Assembly: GCA_051294375.1 (NCBI GenBank)
Contig: CM119268.1
Location: 5,569,221 to 5,633,220, forward strand
Direction: 5' to 3'
Length of the DNA stretch: 64,000 bases
Source of the DNA: Paraspadella gotoi
Taxonomy: Eukaryota > Animalia > Chaetognatha
In this document: in pieces, positions 19,471 to 33,400 of the stretch
Layout of the letters: each line of letters begins with the position of its first letter
Position numbering within the stretch: position 1 is the stretch's first letter
Program-made: the position numbers and the translations under genes
Notes under the pieces: generated by a model
The model's database searches: none
What the model saw: only the letters and a program-made list of their open reading frames with translations
What the model was told of the DNA's origin: nothing

Positions 19471-22400
19471 GTGTATGGCGTTAGCGGTGGCCAAACGCGG
19501 GGCGTCGGCCGTAGGGGAGAACGCCTCGAGGGACGTCGCGACGGCAGACGAATTACGACATCCGAGTCCCAAGTTTCCCGATTCGCGACCAAAAAAGTCG
19601 CGACCGACGAAAGAGAAGAAAGAAGAAAGGGCAATATCTTGGCTTATTTTTAAATGTTTGAAAACATAGCAATAAGTCAGAGGCAGTTGCCTCGTAAAGT
19701 CGCGAACGTCGAACGTTTTTCACGTTGCTTTTAAGGGTGTTCTTTTTAAAGTGTTTTTTAAAAACGTTTTTAAACTTTGGACTGGTTTTTATACATCGTC
19801 GCCAAATTATTTCAATTATCAATAAACCATTTTTAAAAACCATCGTTGAATTTTTCTTCGGTCGTCTCATATAAGTCAGAAAAAATTAAGAGGCAGCTCA
19901 AAACAGTGAAAACATTAATGGCGTTTAAATCATTAAACGAAAAAGACGCGGTCGGCGGAGGAAATCAAAACCCGGTGGAAGAATCAGATCGCGACTTCAA
20001 AGCGAACTCCCGCCGATTAAAATGATTCCGTCCCATGCGTCCGCCGATGTGAAAGGACTGTCGTGGAAGAGAACTGAAAAAGAAACGTCGCTTCGAAAAT
20101 TCGTGCGCTACCGGCCCTTTGCTTGATGCCGAGATATCTTAAGAACCCCTCGGCCTACAACTTCGACGCCAAAACAGCAACAACATTCGAAAATCAGCAG
20201 CGGCGAACGCGGCAAAAGGCGCCGGTCTATCTCACGCTTTCCCTCGCGACCCTTAGTGCGCGACGAGCGACTTTAAAAGATACTGGAATGATACAGAGAT
20301 CGTCGAGCATGCCTCCGATCCTCAGTAAAGATTTGACGGCTGATTCATGTCGCCGGGTATGTGAACAATCACTTTGAAAAAAGAAATAAGTCTTATTTTG
20401 AAATAGAATTGAGAAGAATTTCCTATGAGTATGACTGGTGGATGATTTTCCATCTTTCTCTTCTGAAATCCTTGTACTTCCTGATGCAGTAAGGCAAAGG
20501 TGGAAGGTTACCAAATCTGACAAGGAGTTTGACAGTGCCGCGCAGATGGAGGAAAGAGGCTTTGAATGGAGAGGGATGGTGGATCGCCCTGTTTGTTTTC
20601 CTTTCTGGCTCTGGGAGTAGTTCAGCATGGCTCTGACGGAGCGTCAGGTCAGTAAACGGTTCCTTGAAGAGAGCATTATATCGTGGCTGAAATAGAGCCA
20701 GATTAGATAGACGAAATTGCATAATGTAATTAAGAAAGAAGAGGGAGACAGGTGGCTGCAATTAGGCAAAGGGCCGAGATCGAGGCCATGAAATAAGAAA
20801 AAAAGAGGTTTGAACTTATTGATAGACGCACAGAATTGGAGAATTGAAAAGGAAATAGCTGAACTGAAAGCTCAATTGAATGAGTCTTGAACCCAGATAA
20901 AAAGTTAATGTATTTTCCTTTCCTTGCAGAACCTCAAACTATAGAATGTCTTGTGTCGCAGATTGGGCAGTCAAAGAACTCGTCTGTGGGCCAACCAAGA
21001 AGGGCAAGGATGTCCGGGTCTATTCAGCAACAATCCTGTGGACCCGTCTGGCTTCAGTGGAGATTGTGGATGCTGTCCGCTGGCAACCTTTCTGCTGAAG
21101 TGGGGATAAAACCGAAATGGACATGGATTATGGAAACAACTAACAAGGTTCAGGTGTAGCTTCATTGAATCCTTTGGGCTGGGAGTTTGGGCTCCTCAAA
21201 GGCACCCAATTGATCCCTTTCCTTTGTTTCAGTGAAATGGCCCCGGGGGGCCACCCCCCCCCTTGGGTTGGGGGGGGCCCCCCTGGGGGTTTGGGGGAGC
21301 AGTTCAACCCGCGGTTCCCCAACAGTTCATGAAGTCTTACCAAAGACTATGCCCTTGCCTGCATATGGTTGGCGGCAGCACTTCTCCAAAGGAAGCGTCC
21401 TACTCAGGCTAAACACATGGCCACAAGGTATTTCCAGCAGGATGTGAGCCATTTTTGAAGAGAGTTTTCCTTACCATGTTGAGAGTGTTCCTGCATGTCA
21501 GGTCCATGAATAAAATTTTTTGAATTGTTTGGAATGGCACGCCAAGGGTGCGCCAATCTGGCCATCCAGTGAATTTAAGAAGTGTACACTGATGGGTGAT
21601 CAGGCCTCTGGACTTGCGAAAGGCAAGATTAAGAGAACACTTGGGGAATACCAAAAGTGCACTGCACTTGGATAAATTAGGAAGAGCTGCTGAGAAGGGT
21701 GAGCTTTAAAGCTTCAGACCATGATGGTCTACGGCGATTTTGTTGGGGATCTTCAAAGGATGGCCAAAGATTGCCTGAAATTCAATTGTGGATTTCAAAG
21801 AGTTCGACTCCATAATGTCCTGAGCAAGGCTCATTGAAAGCGTGTACCCTTCATCAGAGAGTCTTGGAAAAGATAATCATCATAAGTTGACTGTGCGACA
21901 AAATAGCCTGCTGGTTTTGCTGTTTTGTTTTCTTTTCTTAAGGACATCGGTTCATGCAGATGGAAATCAACCCCTTTGCAGCAATCACCAGCAGCATCAA
22001 ATGACGGGAACTGACTTCTCTGCTAAGTTTTGACGCCATCCCAGGCAACTGTGGATAACGAGGATCAGCAATCTGCAGCATCTGAAGGATCCAGGAAGTG
22101 TTTGGCGGAGAGCTTGAGCAGAAGGAGCAGTCAGAAATGGAGCAGGAGTCTGAGAGTATGTCATCGTCTCTCCTGACTGCTAAATCCAATGCTGCAGAGA
22201 AGAGATCGCGCTGTCAAGCATGTGAGTCAATGTAATCATGCTATATTTATTGCCCTTTGTTTATATCTAAATCTGTGCCTGACCGAGTCCTTCAGTTGCA
22301 GATCAAATCAGAAGCTGTTTCAGGTGTTTGCGGCGTGGAACATATGCCAACGAGACTGTTGGGCAAGAAATGTAATGTAGAAACCTGTAATTCAGACCGC

Positions 22401-23610
22401 AACACCACACTTTACTGCGCATGCATGATGGTGCCCTTAGTGGTGACTGCGGCCGGGAGTACAACCATCCTGACCAGTTTATGTCCTGCCTTAGTCACCG
22501 CACCCTGGAATAGGGAGAAGCCAAACTTCTTGGCCAAACCCGCGGTTCCAGGCGGGACTTTGGTGACCCAGCCTTCTGGAAGAGATGGCGAAATGGTCAA
22601 GAAGATTGGACACGGTGTCTTGGCAGTAGATTTCAGTTCTTGTGGGTTGGTAAAATGGTGTTGCTATCGATGCCTTGCCCTTCCCCTGGGGATGGTAATC
22701 TGCTTAATGGAGGGGGATTTTGCCAGGCAGCAATGGCCTGAATATTCCCTGAAATAAAAGATGAAGTCAGAAGGAGAGCTGCAAAGCTCTAATGAAGATT
22801 GGTGCCAGACGACAACAGAAAGGAACAAAAATCAAAAACTTAAGGAATGACAGAAAGGCTGAACCAAGAAATGACATACAGAAATGACAGATGACTGACA
22901 ACATTACAGTCAGAAAAAAGGCACTTGTAAGAATTGTTTTTGAAAAAACTTGACTCTGAAAGATAAAACGAACCACAGGTAGAATTTTTGTGAGTCGGAA
23001 GAGAACCCTCCGCTTTTGTCAACAAGGAAGGGGGAGAAGCCTAAAATCCACAAGGGTTGCTAAGGTGAGGCACGGAGTTTTTTCTTTTCGCCTCCCCTTC
23101 AAAAAATTCCTTCAAATGGAAGCGCCAACGGCGCGCATAAGTTTTAAGGATTTTATTTTATTTTGATCTTTAGATAAACTTTTTGTAGTTTATTTTGATA
23201 TTGTATAACGTTTTGTTCTTTCTTTGAGTTTGAATTTTTACAGAGGAACCGCGAGGAATTCGATTACTTTATTTTCGAGCAATTTTTTTATTTAGAAGCT
23301 GAATTTAAAATTTTTAACCCTTGATCTGAAAATATTCTGTTTTATGAACCAGATGACGCGAGACGAATCAGGAACCGCTCGCCCGCGCGAAATTTTACTT
23401 TGATTTTTAGGCATTCAAATTCCCGAACTTGAATGGCGACTAAGAAACCTTTTTTCCCTTTTTGAAATATTGAATTTTTATTTTTAGCGCGATCGCAGCT
23501 GTACGGAGATTTCCTACTTTCTTATGGAGGGGGAAAATTTTATTTAAAAAAGTGAAATTGTACTAATTGCAATGCCTTTCATTTTTTAAATTATTTTCGT
23601 TTTTCAAGTT
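19471..23610 (+). other. Compositionally foreign segment with fragmented coding-like frames, possibly a decayed or error-ridden DNA transposon
   Basis: Abrupt start where the 36295-36956 homology ends. The 20400-22800 core is GC-richer and lacks microsatellites. Motifs include KKCT..VI(R/Q)PLDL (about 21577-21616), IRESWK (about 21854) and Cys clusters at 22190-22680. Confidence 0.3.
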
Positions 23611-24292
23611 TCCAATTTTTTTTACCACGGGGAAAATTTGGCGAAAAAAAAATTTCTTTCCGTTTTCTCTCTCGTTCCCTCTTCCTCCCTCCTCCTCCTC
23701 CTCTTCCCCCTCCTCCTCATTTTCCTCGACTTATATCCTCCACAAATCATGAGGCTCGAGTCTTCGTCGTCCGAACAGAATAATATAATCTCGCTCTTCC
23801 TTTTTTTTTTCCTTTTTCTCTCTTTTTTTTCCTTTCGTTCTGTTCCCTTTTCTCACACATTCCCTTTTTCTATCTTTTCCCCTCCTTTCTTATCTTAACC
23901 TTTCCTTTCTTTAAACTTTTTTACTTTCTTTCCTGTATTTTTACCCCAATTTTTATTTCTTTTTTTTTTTTTCAATTTTCTTAATTTTTTCCCTTTTTTT
24001 CCTACTCTCTTTTACCTAATCCATTTTTTCTTTTTTAAGTCTTCCTTCCACATTTTAATTTTTTCCTTTCTCTTTTTCTCCCTTCCTACTTTTCTTTTTC
24101 TTTTTTTTCTTTTCTTTTTCCCCTTCCTTCTATCTTTGGTTCGAGGGTCCACTGAAAATGCCATCGAAACTTCTTCCCCAGGAATTCGCATAAGCCTTGA
24201 CAAAATAAGGTATGAACATCACTCCTTTGTTAATTCTCTCTCTCTCTCTCTCTCTCTCTCTGCTTTTCTTTCTCTCTTCTCTCTTCTTCTCT

Positions 24293-24329
<37 letters not shown>

Positions 24330-25145
24330 ATCCTTTTCTTCTCTCCTCGCGGAAACCAGGAGATTTGAATAAATCTTTTCGAAAAGAGAAAAGTCGGAAG
24401 ATACAAGAGAGAGAAGAGAGAGAGAGAGAGAAGCAGAGAGAGAGATGGAAGTGTGAGGAGGAGAGAGAGAGAGAGAGAGAGAATTACCAAATGGAGTGAT
24501 GTTCATACCTTATTTTGTCAAGGCTTATGCGATATTCCTGGGGAAGAACGTTTCGATGGCATTTTTCAGCTGACCCTCGAACCAAAGATAGATAAGGAAA
24601 GGGGGATAGGGAAAAAGAATAAGAAAAAAAGAAAAAAGAAAAGTAGAAGGAGAAAAAAGAGAAAAGGAAAAAATAAAATGTGGAAGGAAGACTTAAAAAA
24701 GAAAAAATGGATTAGGTTTAAAAAGAAGTAGGAAAAAAAGGGAAAAATTAAGAAAATTTGAAAAAAAAAAAAAAGAATAAAAATTGGGGTAAAAATACAG
24801 GAAAGAAAGTAAAAAAGTTTAAAAGAAAGGAAAGGTTAAGATAAGAAAGGAGGGTGGAAAAAGATTTAGAAAAAGGGAATGTGTGAGAAAAGGGACCAGA
24901 ACGAAAGAAAAAAAAAAGAGAGAAAAAGGAAAAAAAAAAGTAAGAGGCGAGATTATATTATTCTGTTCGGACGAACGAAAGACTCGAGCCTCATGATTTT
25001 GTTGGAGGATATAAGTCGAGGAAAATGAGAGGAGGGGGAAGAGGAGGAGGAGGACGGGAGGAAGACTGGGAACGTGAGAAGAGAAAACGGTAAAGAATTT
25101 TTTTTTTTCGCCAAATTTTTTCCCGTTGGTAAAAAAAAAATTGGA
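23610..25145. repeat. Long inverted repeat (arms about 630-700 bp plus CT/GA tracts, unique spacer about 70 bp)
   Basis: 23610-24240 is a direct copy of 17742-18405, and 24480-25145 is its reverse complement. The spacer cgcggaaaccagg...gatacaag lies at about 24345-24410. Confidence 0.85.
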
Positions 25146-25759
25146 GGAATTCTTCTTCATTCTGGACGAGAAGGAATAAGTGGGTGAGAGAGTGAGAGAG
25201 AGAGACAGGGAGAAAAAGGAAAGAGAGAGAGAGCAGACAGGGCAGAGAGAGAGGGAGAGAGAGAGAGGGCATAAGGGAAAGAAGAGAGAGAGAGATGGAG
25301 AGAGAGAGAGGAGAGATGATGAGCAGAGAGAGAAGAGAGAGTTGAAAACCGGTGGGAGGGGAGAAGGAAAGAGGGCGAGATGGGGGAGTGGGGAGAAGAG
25401 AGAGAGGAGGAAGAGTGAGAGGAGGGGAGGAGGGAGGAGGAAGAAGGTTGGAGATAGAGGACAGAGATTAGGAAGTGGAGAGAAAAAAAGAAGGGGCGGG
25501 ATATTTTTTCTCTGACAAGATATCGCTTCTTTATCTTTTCTTCTTCGCCCACCCCCCTTCTATTCCTCCCCCACTCACTTCACTACGACTGTCAATTCCC
25601 CTATTCGCTTCTAAGCGTTCAAATCAAATCTCGCGTCAATCTCGCGTCAAATCTTCCGCGTCAATCTTGCGTTTCTAATCTTCGCGTCTTCTAAACGCCA
25701 ATTTACGTCGAACTCACTTGAATCTCTTACGTAAATCTCGAGGAGAGAAGAGAGAGAGA

Positions 25760-25791
<32 letters not shown>

Positions 25792-28331
25792 TGAGAGAGG
25801 AGAGAGGAGAGAGGAGAGAGAGAGATGAGAGAGGAGAAATATTTATAATTTATCGTGCGACGATTTAGCCTTTTAAACTCATTTTGCATATTATAGTTTT
25901 TTTTTAATTTTTCTCCTCTATCGATTAGAAATCACCGAGGACGAGGAAAAGACGGGACGTGGACGAACTTTTTGAAGAATCGTTCCGTTCTTTTAAGAGG
26001 AAAAATTCGAAAGAGTTTGAAAGGAGATGAGTCGGTTAAATTAGAGAAGATGACAATCAATGATAAATTTCAAAGTCATATTTATGAAAGTCTATTTCAG
26101 GTGAAAGGTTTCAATGATCTGGGTGAAGTGTCGCTTTAGAATTTAGTTAATTGGCAGGATAAATATCACCCCAATTTTAAGGTCAAGATTAAAACCTTTA
26201 CACCAAGTTCCCCAGAATCCAGGATTAAATCTAACCCCAATTACCAGGTCCGAGATCAAATCTTACTCCATTTTGCTAGCTCCAGGATTAAATCTTACCA
26301 AGGTTACAGGGTCTAGGATTACATCTTACCTTAATTCCTAGGTCCAGGATTAAATATTTACACCAATTACAGGATCCCGATTAAATCTTATCCTCCAATA
26401 AACAGGTCTTGCGATTAAAATATAACCTCGATAATTACTTAACAAAAACGCGACCGAAAACTGCCTGGTTTACTCCAATCCTAGTTTCCAAAAAAACTGG
26501 AAGCTTCGTACGAAATTGATTTTAATTTTTAAAAATACTTATAATCAAATATAAATCTAAGACTAAGATTAATATATATATTTATGATATTCAAACTCTT
26601 CGACGTTTTTGTATCGATCGAGGAAACGTTAATAGCATATTCACACCTTAAAAACCTGTAAAAAACGGGATTCAAACAAACAGCAATAAGTTTCTGAATG
26701 AGTCTAAAAACAGGACTGAAAACATATTCTTAATTTTTCCTCCAAAAATTGACAAATAAAATAAGGTGTAATGATTGACCGGCCAGACAAAAATGCGGTC
26801 AAACTCGAATACAAGAATTTGAGGGAACAAGGGAAGAAGGAGAGAAGAAAAAATAGCATTTTTCTCACTATGAGTACTCTCAAAAGTTACTTCTGAATCC
26901 ACAAGACATATGACCCATCCCTTAATTCCATTTTTTTCATTCTTGACTCTCTTCTCACTTTTCTCTCCACTCTGTCTTCTCTCTTCACCCCTGTTTCCTT
27001 CTTTCTCTCCCTCTCTCTATTTCTCTCCTCTCTCTCCTCTCCCCCTTTCTTCCCTCTTCTTTCACTTACATCATCAGAGCCCCTCTTCTTCTCTCTTCTC
27101 TCTCTCTCTCTCTCTCTCTCTACCTCTCTCCCACTCTCTCTTTCTTCTCCCACTCTCTCTCTCCCGGTCGATTCACGTCGTCAAATCTCCAAAGAGAAGT
27201 TTTTGATGGCGAAATTTTTTTTTTTCTCCTTTTTGCTTCCGCGCAAAAGACAAACGATTTCGGTGGATGAAGAGGGAGGAGGAAAAGTGATGAAAGGGGA
27301 AGAAAAAAACAATTGGAGAAGGAGAAAGGAGGAAGGTATGAAAAAAGAGGGAAGGAGGAAGGGGAGGGAAGAGAGGAAAAGAGAGGAAGGAAGAAGGTGA
27401 GGAAAAAGTAGAGGAAAAGGAGGAAGGGGATGAAGAGAGGAAGGAGGAAGGGAGGAAAAAGAGGAAAGAGAGGAAGGAAGAAGGGGAGGAAAAAAGAGGA
27501 AGGAGGGAAGGAGGAAGGGGAGCGAAAGAGAGAAGGGGAGAAAGAAGAAGAGGGATCAAGAAAATGGGAGGAAAAAGTGGGAGAGAGAGAGAGATAGAGG
27601 AAAGAGAAGAAAATGGGTGGATGAAGGAAAAATAGCTATGAGAAGAAAGTTAAAGGAGAAAAAGGAAAAAAGATAGAGGAAAATAAAAAGAAAGGAAGGA
27701 AAAAAGGAATAGCTTGTAGAAGGAGAAAGAGAAGAATCACCTCAAGAATAAGGTAAAAAAATATTAAAAATAAAATTTTAAGAAATAGTAACAAATAAAA
27801 AGGACCAAAAAAAACGGGGAAAACTAAATATCGTTTAAAATTTTAAAAATAAAAATAAAAAGAAAGTGAAAAAAAATTAAATAAACGGAATAGAAAGAAG
27901 ATTTTAACGAGCGAAGAATTGTAATCTGAATGTATTCATAGTATTGCTAGTCGGGCATTGAATAAGTTCTCCCCGCTTATATATGTGTTTTATGTTCGTT
28001 TACAACAATTAGTTGAAAACAGTACATTCAAAAGGAGCATACAGCATTACAGATAACGGCAATAAATTGAACAGTTTTACAATTCAACAAAATATAAATA
28101 TTTAAATTAACAGAACAAAAGAAAAAAAAAAAAAAAAAAAAATAACAAATAAGCTTGACAGATTTTTTAGAATATTGTTTCAGAGGAAAAAAGCTTGGAT
28201 TTTCAAAGTTTTTTGATCTACAAAGCAAAAATTTTATAGATTATCATTATATCAAATTGAGGACCCTTAATGATCCGTAACAAACCCTCTCCCAATCTAT
28301 TCCAACATAGAGTGACACCTTCAGTCGTGAA

Positions 28332-28565
28332 CCCTGTGGCTCACTGAGTAAAGTCATCAGCTCATGATCACTAGGTACCGGGTTTCAATTCGGATTCTCA
28401 ATCCGTTACTGACTCTGCGGGAAAGCGTGAGGATGGTGCCGTCAACCGGCCTCGTGGGCCTGGAAAACGTCGACACTGGTTCAAACCTAGGACCCGTTCC
28501 ATAGGATATTAGAGGTGTTAAAGAAGTTGCGGCATTCATCTTCAGCCCCTTTTACGCATTAATCA
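28332..28565 (+). mobile_element. Inverted-duplicate copy of the tRNA-derived SINE-like element
   Basis: Reverse complement of 14411-14640. Confidence 0.5.
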
Positions 28566-28924
28566 CTGTATTTTAAACAATCGAGCCAATTTGCATTCAA
28601 ACCGGACCAAAGCTTTGAAGACTTTATTTTTTTCTCGGGCGGATTTTTGCCACCGCCGTCGCACATTAAATTCGCCGCCGTCGCCGGACACCGCTGCCGA
28701 TTTCCCGGCGATCGTCGTCGCTGATTTCTTCCACCCCAACCCACTACCGACCATCCACCCAGGAACACACCTATCTACCTCACCCCCAACGCCCATTTGC
28801 ATCGCCCTAGGCAAAGGCCGTTCTATGCGTCACCACGTTTTCAAAGGCATTCAGTTTCCTCTTAAAAATCAATTTGCACTATTTACGGTCTTGGCAAGAG
28901 TTTTTATTTTTCTCTCTTTCTCCT

Positions 28925-28993
<69 letters not shown>

Positions 28994-30434
28994 GTCTCTC
29001 TCTCTCTCTCAAAAGGGAACCTGTTTCTCTTTTCTTTTTTCTCCATCGTTCTCTTCTATCTCTCTCTTTTTTTTTGTTTCTCTCACTTACCTTCGTTTTT
29101 AGTTTGTTGGCAACTGCCATTTAATTTTAAAGTAATGTTTGATTCCTTGAACGTCTAAACGTTATATTTTGTAGTTTCTTAATAATTAGTTTCATTAACA
29201 TATTAATGTAATAACCATTAATATTTCATATTTAAATTTTAAAAAATGACAGCAAACAATGACAAAAGAGAGGCCCACAACTAACCCATCAATGTCTCAC
29301 AGATTCATTGAGATAGATTCAGACAATTTTACCTTTTTCATTGGGTTTTACTCTATACTATAGTCCGATGTACATCGATTTAATTCCCAATTTTCAAAAC
29401 CGTAATAATAATATCAATGGATTATTTTATGATTTTTAATTTTTTTTATATCCTTGAACGTTCTTGAAACGGTTGTTTTTTCATTATTTTTTTATAATAG
29501 TTTTTCGTATGAATTAGTTTATAACAATTATTAATGGTACAATTTTAAATGTTTTTTATGAATTTTTAAGTAGTTTAGTTTTTACTCCGTTTACATTTTC
29601 GGTTCTTTTACACTTTTACTGTTTCTGATTATGTTAATACTGTTTTCGTATTAATAAAAAAAAATTTAGAATGATATGTAAGGTTGACAGGCCATAACTT
29701 TTATTTGGAAAGCCATCGATGAAAATCACCCGGTAAACTTTAACGGTGATTTTAAAGCGCCCCTACCGGATTTTTGAAGGACTGGCCTTTTTTTTTTTTT
29801 ATTTTTTTTGAGCGGCCATTTTTTTTTTTTTTTTTTTTTAGAGCGGCCAATGAAAAAGCGTGAGAGACGAATAGAGAGAGAGAGAGAGACAGAGAGAGAG
29901 AGAGGAGAGACATTGGAGAGAGAGAGAGTTAATGCACTCAGAGAGAAGAGAGAGAGAGGAATTTCTTCGGATTCCCAGAAAACATTTTCTTGGATTTTTT
30001 CTATCGCCAGAAAAAAGGAGAAAAAAAATCCGTATTTATATCGGCTTGGCCAACAAGAGAAAGGGGGAGGAAAAGAAAATTTTGGTTGAATTTAAATCGA
30101 TCGTGTGATTCTTTTTTTTTCTTTTAGGCCTCAACGACATCAGAAAAGACAAATCTGTATGTCTGATTGTCTTTGACATTGGAGAACATTAGAAAAGTTA
30201 ATTTAGAATAACAACGATTCGATTTATACTATTCTTATTGAAAATTTATTTTCATGTATTTTAAAATCTTCCATTAAAATATTTACCCTGAAACGTTCGT
30301 TGAATTTCCTTCAGAAAAAATATAATAGTAATAATACATTATTATGTATTGAGGCCAGGAAAAGTAAAACGTTACAAAAGGTCTAAATATCAAGCAATCA
30401 CCAAAAATGTATCTGAAATGAGTATTTTTTTGAA

Positions 30435-33400
30435 TCAGTTATGCTTGGGCGCGTGCCTCGTTCGACGACTTAAAAGTCCAAAAACTTCCTTCGCGCAAAG
30501 TTTTTTTCGGAGCAAAAAATCTTTTCATTTTCCATGAACCTATCATGAAGTGGTCGGTCATCTTGGCCGACGTTCTTCGCAATCCACGCGCAAAACGGAC
30601 AGGTGGTTTTGTCTCGAAACATCCTCCAGGTGCCGGAGCAGGTGCAAACGGTACGATTCGTCGTCTTGAGTGAATTCGCAGTGACAAATGTCACAAAAAA
30701 GATTGGAAATCACGATGCTCGTTCTTTTTGATGATTCGGTTGATGGAGGAGGTTGGATTAAGTCTTGATGTAGATGTTTTGAGGGCTATTGATGTTGTAG
30801 AAGCTGTTTGAAGGCGGTGACGGCGGCATTGGGCAGCGGCTGGATGGAGGAAAGACGGCTCTGGGGCATTTTAAAGACCAAACATCATTGACGCGGATAA
30901 GTATCCATTGGGTAGTGTTGGAGAGAGGTTCTGCAAAAGTTTCCCTGCCCAGGGTTCGCAAGATGGGAAATTAAATTGCATCTCTTCTTGCAGCGGAGTT
31001 TGTGAGAGAAAGTTGTGGGATCATAAAATGTGATTTTGTAGCCAACATTTTGCTGCATAAAAATTAACGTTTCGTTGACATTAGAAGGCAGGCTCAATTG
31101 GACTAAGTTTGTCTGAAACGGCTGCAACAGTTGCGTTGCTTGCTGTTGCAGCAAGGCATGGTTTTGTTCTGTCAAATGCGTTTGCGATTCTTGCTGTTGA
31201 ATGCCACCGACTCTTATGACGCTTATTGCGTTGCAGCAGGAAGGAAATTTGCGGCAGAGTCGTTTGTCGTTTGTTGTCGCTTTGATGCGATTTTCGTTTG
31301 ATTTACGTGGATTAGACAATCGCTTTCGGATTTTTATTTTCTGGCTTTCTCCTTTTCCTCTTCTTGGCCTTTTCTTTCATTTTCCTTTTTCTCTTTTTTC
31401 CTTTCCACTCTTTCCTTTCTTCTTCTTTCTTTCCTCCTCTTTCCTTTTCTTCTTATTAATTCCTTCTCTTTCCTTTCCACCTCTTTCCTTTCCTTTCTCT
31501 TTCTTTCTTTCTTTCTTTTCCTTTCCACCTCTTTCCTTCCTCCTCTTTCCTTTTCTTCTCTTTTCTTTCCTTCTCTTTCCTTTCCACTTTTCTTTCCTTT
31601 CCTTCTTCTTCTTTCTTCTTCTTTCCTTCCACCTCTTTCCTTTTTTTCTTCCTTTTCTTCCTCATCTCTTTTTTCTTCGGACAAAGGAGATTCCAATCTT
31701 TCTTTTCTTTAGGACGTCGTCTGCATCCCAACTGTTGAGTTCTTTTTTCGGTCGACGGAGTTTGAAACTTGTTTTCCTTCCTCTCTTCTTCTTCCTCGCT
31801 CTTCTTCTTCTTCTTCCTCTCCTTCCTTTTTCTCTTCATTATCCTTTTTCATTCGGTCTCTTTCCTTTTCACGCTTTATCTTCCCTTTTTCTTCTTTCTT
31901 GTGACGACGACCGCGGCGATCGCCTCTAACCTCGTCGGTCATCGTTCGTCGTCGTTGTTGTTTTGTTTTTATCGTCGTTCGTCGACGTCGTTCCTCATCA
32001 TCATTCGAAATTTTCCTCCTTTCTCCGGATTCGTTTTTCCTTTTGTTTTTGATTTTTCGTTTTCTTTTCATTCTTTTTCTTTCCTTCTCTTTTTTTTGCT
32101 GACTATTCTCTTTTTAGAATTGTTGACTTCAAATAAACCTTTCGAAAAGGTGAGTTCCTTTGGGTGACCAGCCGCTAATCGTATGGTTGGATTTGTGGTT
32201 GTTGTTGACCTTCACTCACAAATTCAGCGCACACGAATTTCCGGCCTTTTGTGAACGTCTTCTAAAGTGAATGATTCGGGTCTGAGAGCGGAAAACTCCA
32301 TCGCAGAGATGGCACTGGAATGAAGGAATGGGTTTTTTTCTGTTAGCGCTCTCTTTTGAGGTCAGTTCGCTGAATCTTTACTGCTTCTTCTTTATTTCCA
32401 TTTCAAATGTTCAATGTTTTCATGCTTTTTACTTTTAATTTTGTATTTTCTTTTTCGTTTCTTAATCTTCCATCTTCTTTTGTTATAATTTTTGGCTTGT
32501 ATTTTGACTTCAAATAAAACCTTTTCGAAAAGGTGAGTCCTTTGGTGAACCAGCCGCCAATCGATGTTTCAATCTCTTGTTTTCGTTAGACCTTCACTCC
32601 ACAAATCAGGCACACGAATTCCGTCCTTTGTGAAAGTCTTCCAAGTGACTGGTGTTCGCATGACTGATTGAAGTTGAAAACTCCAGCGCAGAGATGGCAC
32701 TGGAATGAAGAATGTGCCCTTTCTGTTAGGCCCTCTTTTTAGGTCAGTCGCTTGACTCTATTACCGCCTCTTCTTTATTTCCAATGTTTCAAATGTTCCA
32801 ATGTTCTTATGTCTTTTTTACTTGTACTTTTCTTTTTTCTTTTCGTTTACTATTCTCCCATCCCTTTTTGTTATATCTCGGCCCTTGTATTTTTGACTTC
32901 AATAAAACCTTCGAAAAATTGATGCCCTTTTTAAAAGGGAATCCCTTTGACGGTTACCCGCTGGTCAATCGATGCCGCAGGTTTCCCGCAGCGATGGACG
33001 TTCCACTTCCGAAAATCAGGCAGCGGAACCGTCGGCCTTTGAATCTCCTCTAGTGTGATTTGTTCTGACCACACATTGGTACTGAAGATGCCGCCCACAG
33101 GAATATGACATTGGGAGGGTGAAGGGCCTCTTCCAGGAGCAACCTTTCTGGGTTCGAGTTCCAGGGCGCCGCCTCCAACAGCCGCCTCCACCGCCGCCTC
33201 CACCCAGCACCCCGCCTTCTCCGCCGCTCCCTTCTTCTTTTTTGGCCGTAAAAGTTTGGTTTTGTGGTTGCTGATGGAATGAGAAAAGGGTCGCCTTGAG
33301 CGTTTGGAGAGGTTCGCCCTGGTGGCCTCTCGGACGAAGCAGTTTGGCCGGGCACATGTTCTTGGCGATAACGGCAATTCCCACTTTTGGACGGAGCGAT

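Noticed and set aside
19467-19480. Polinton/Maverick terminus (AGTAGT)
   Set aside because: Part of the motif belongs to the shared flank, and there is no matching terminal repeat or recognisable polymerase, integrase or capsid sequence.
21241-21300. G-quadruplex or GC palindrome
   Set aside because: It looks like homopolymer inflation within low-quality sequence.
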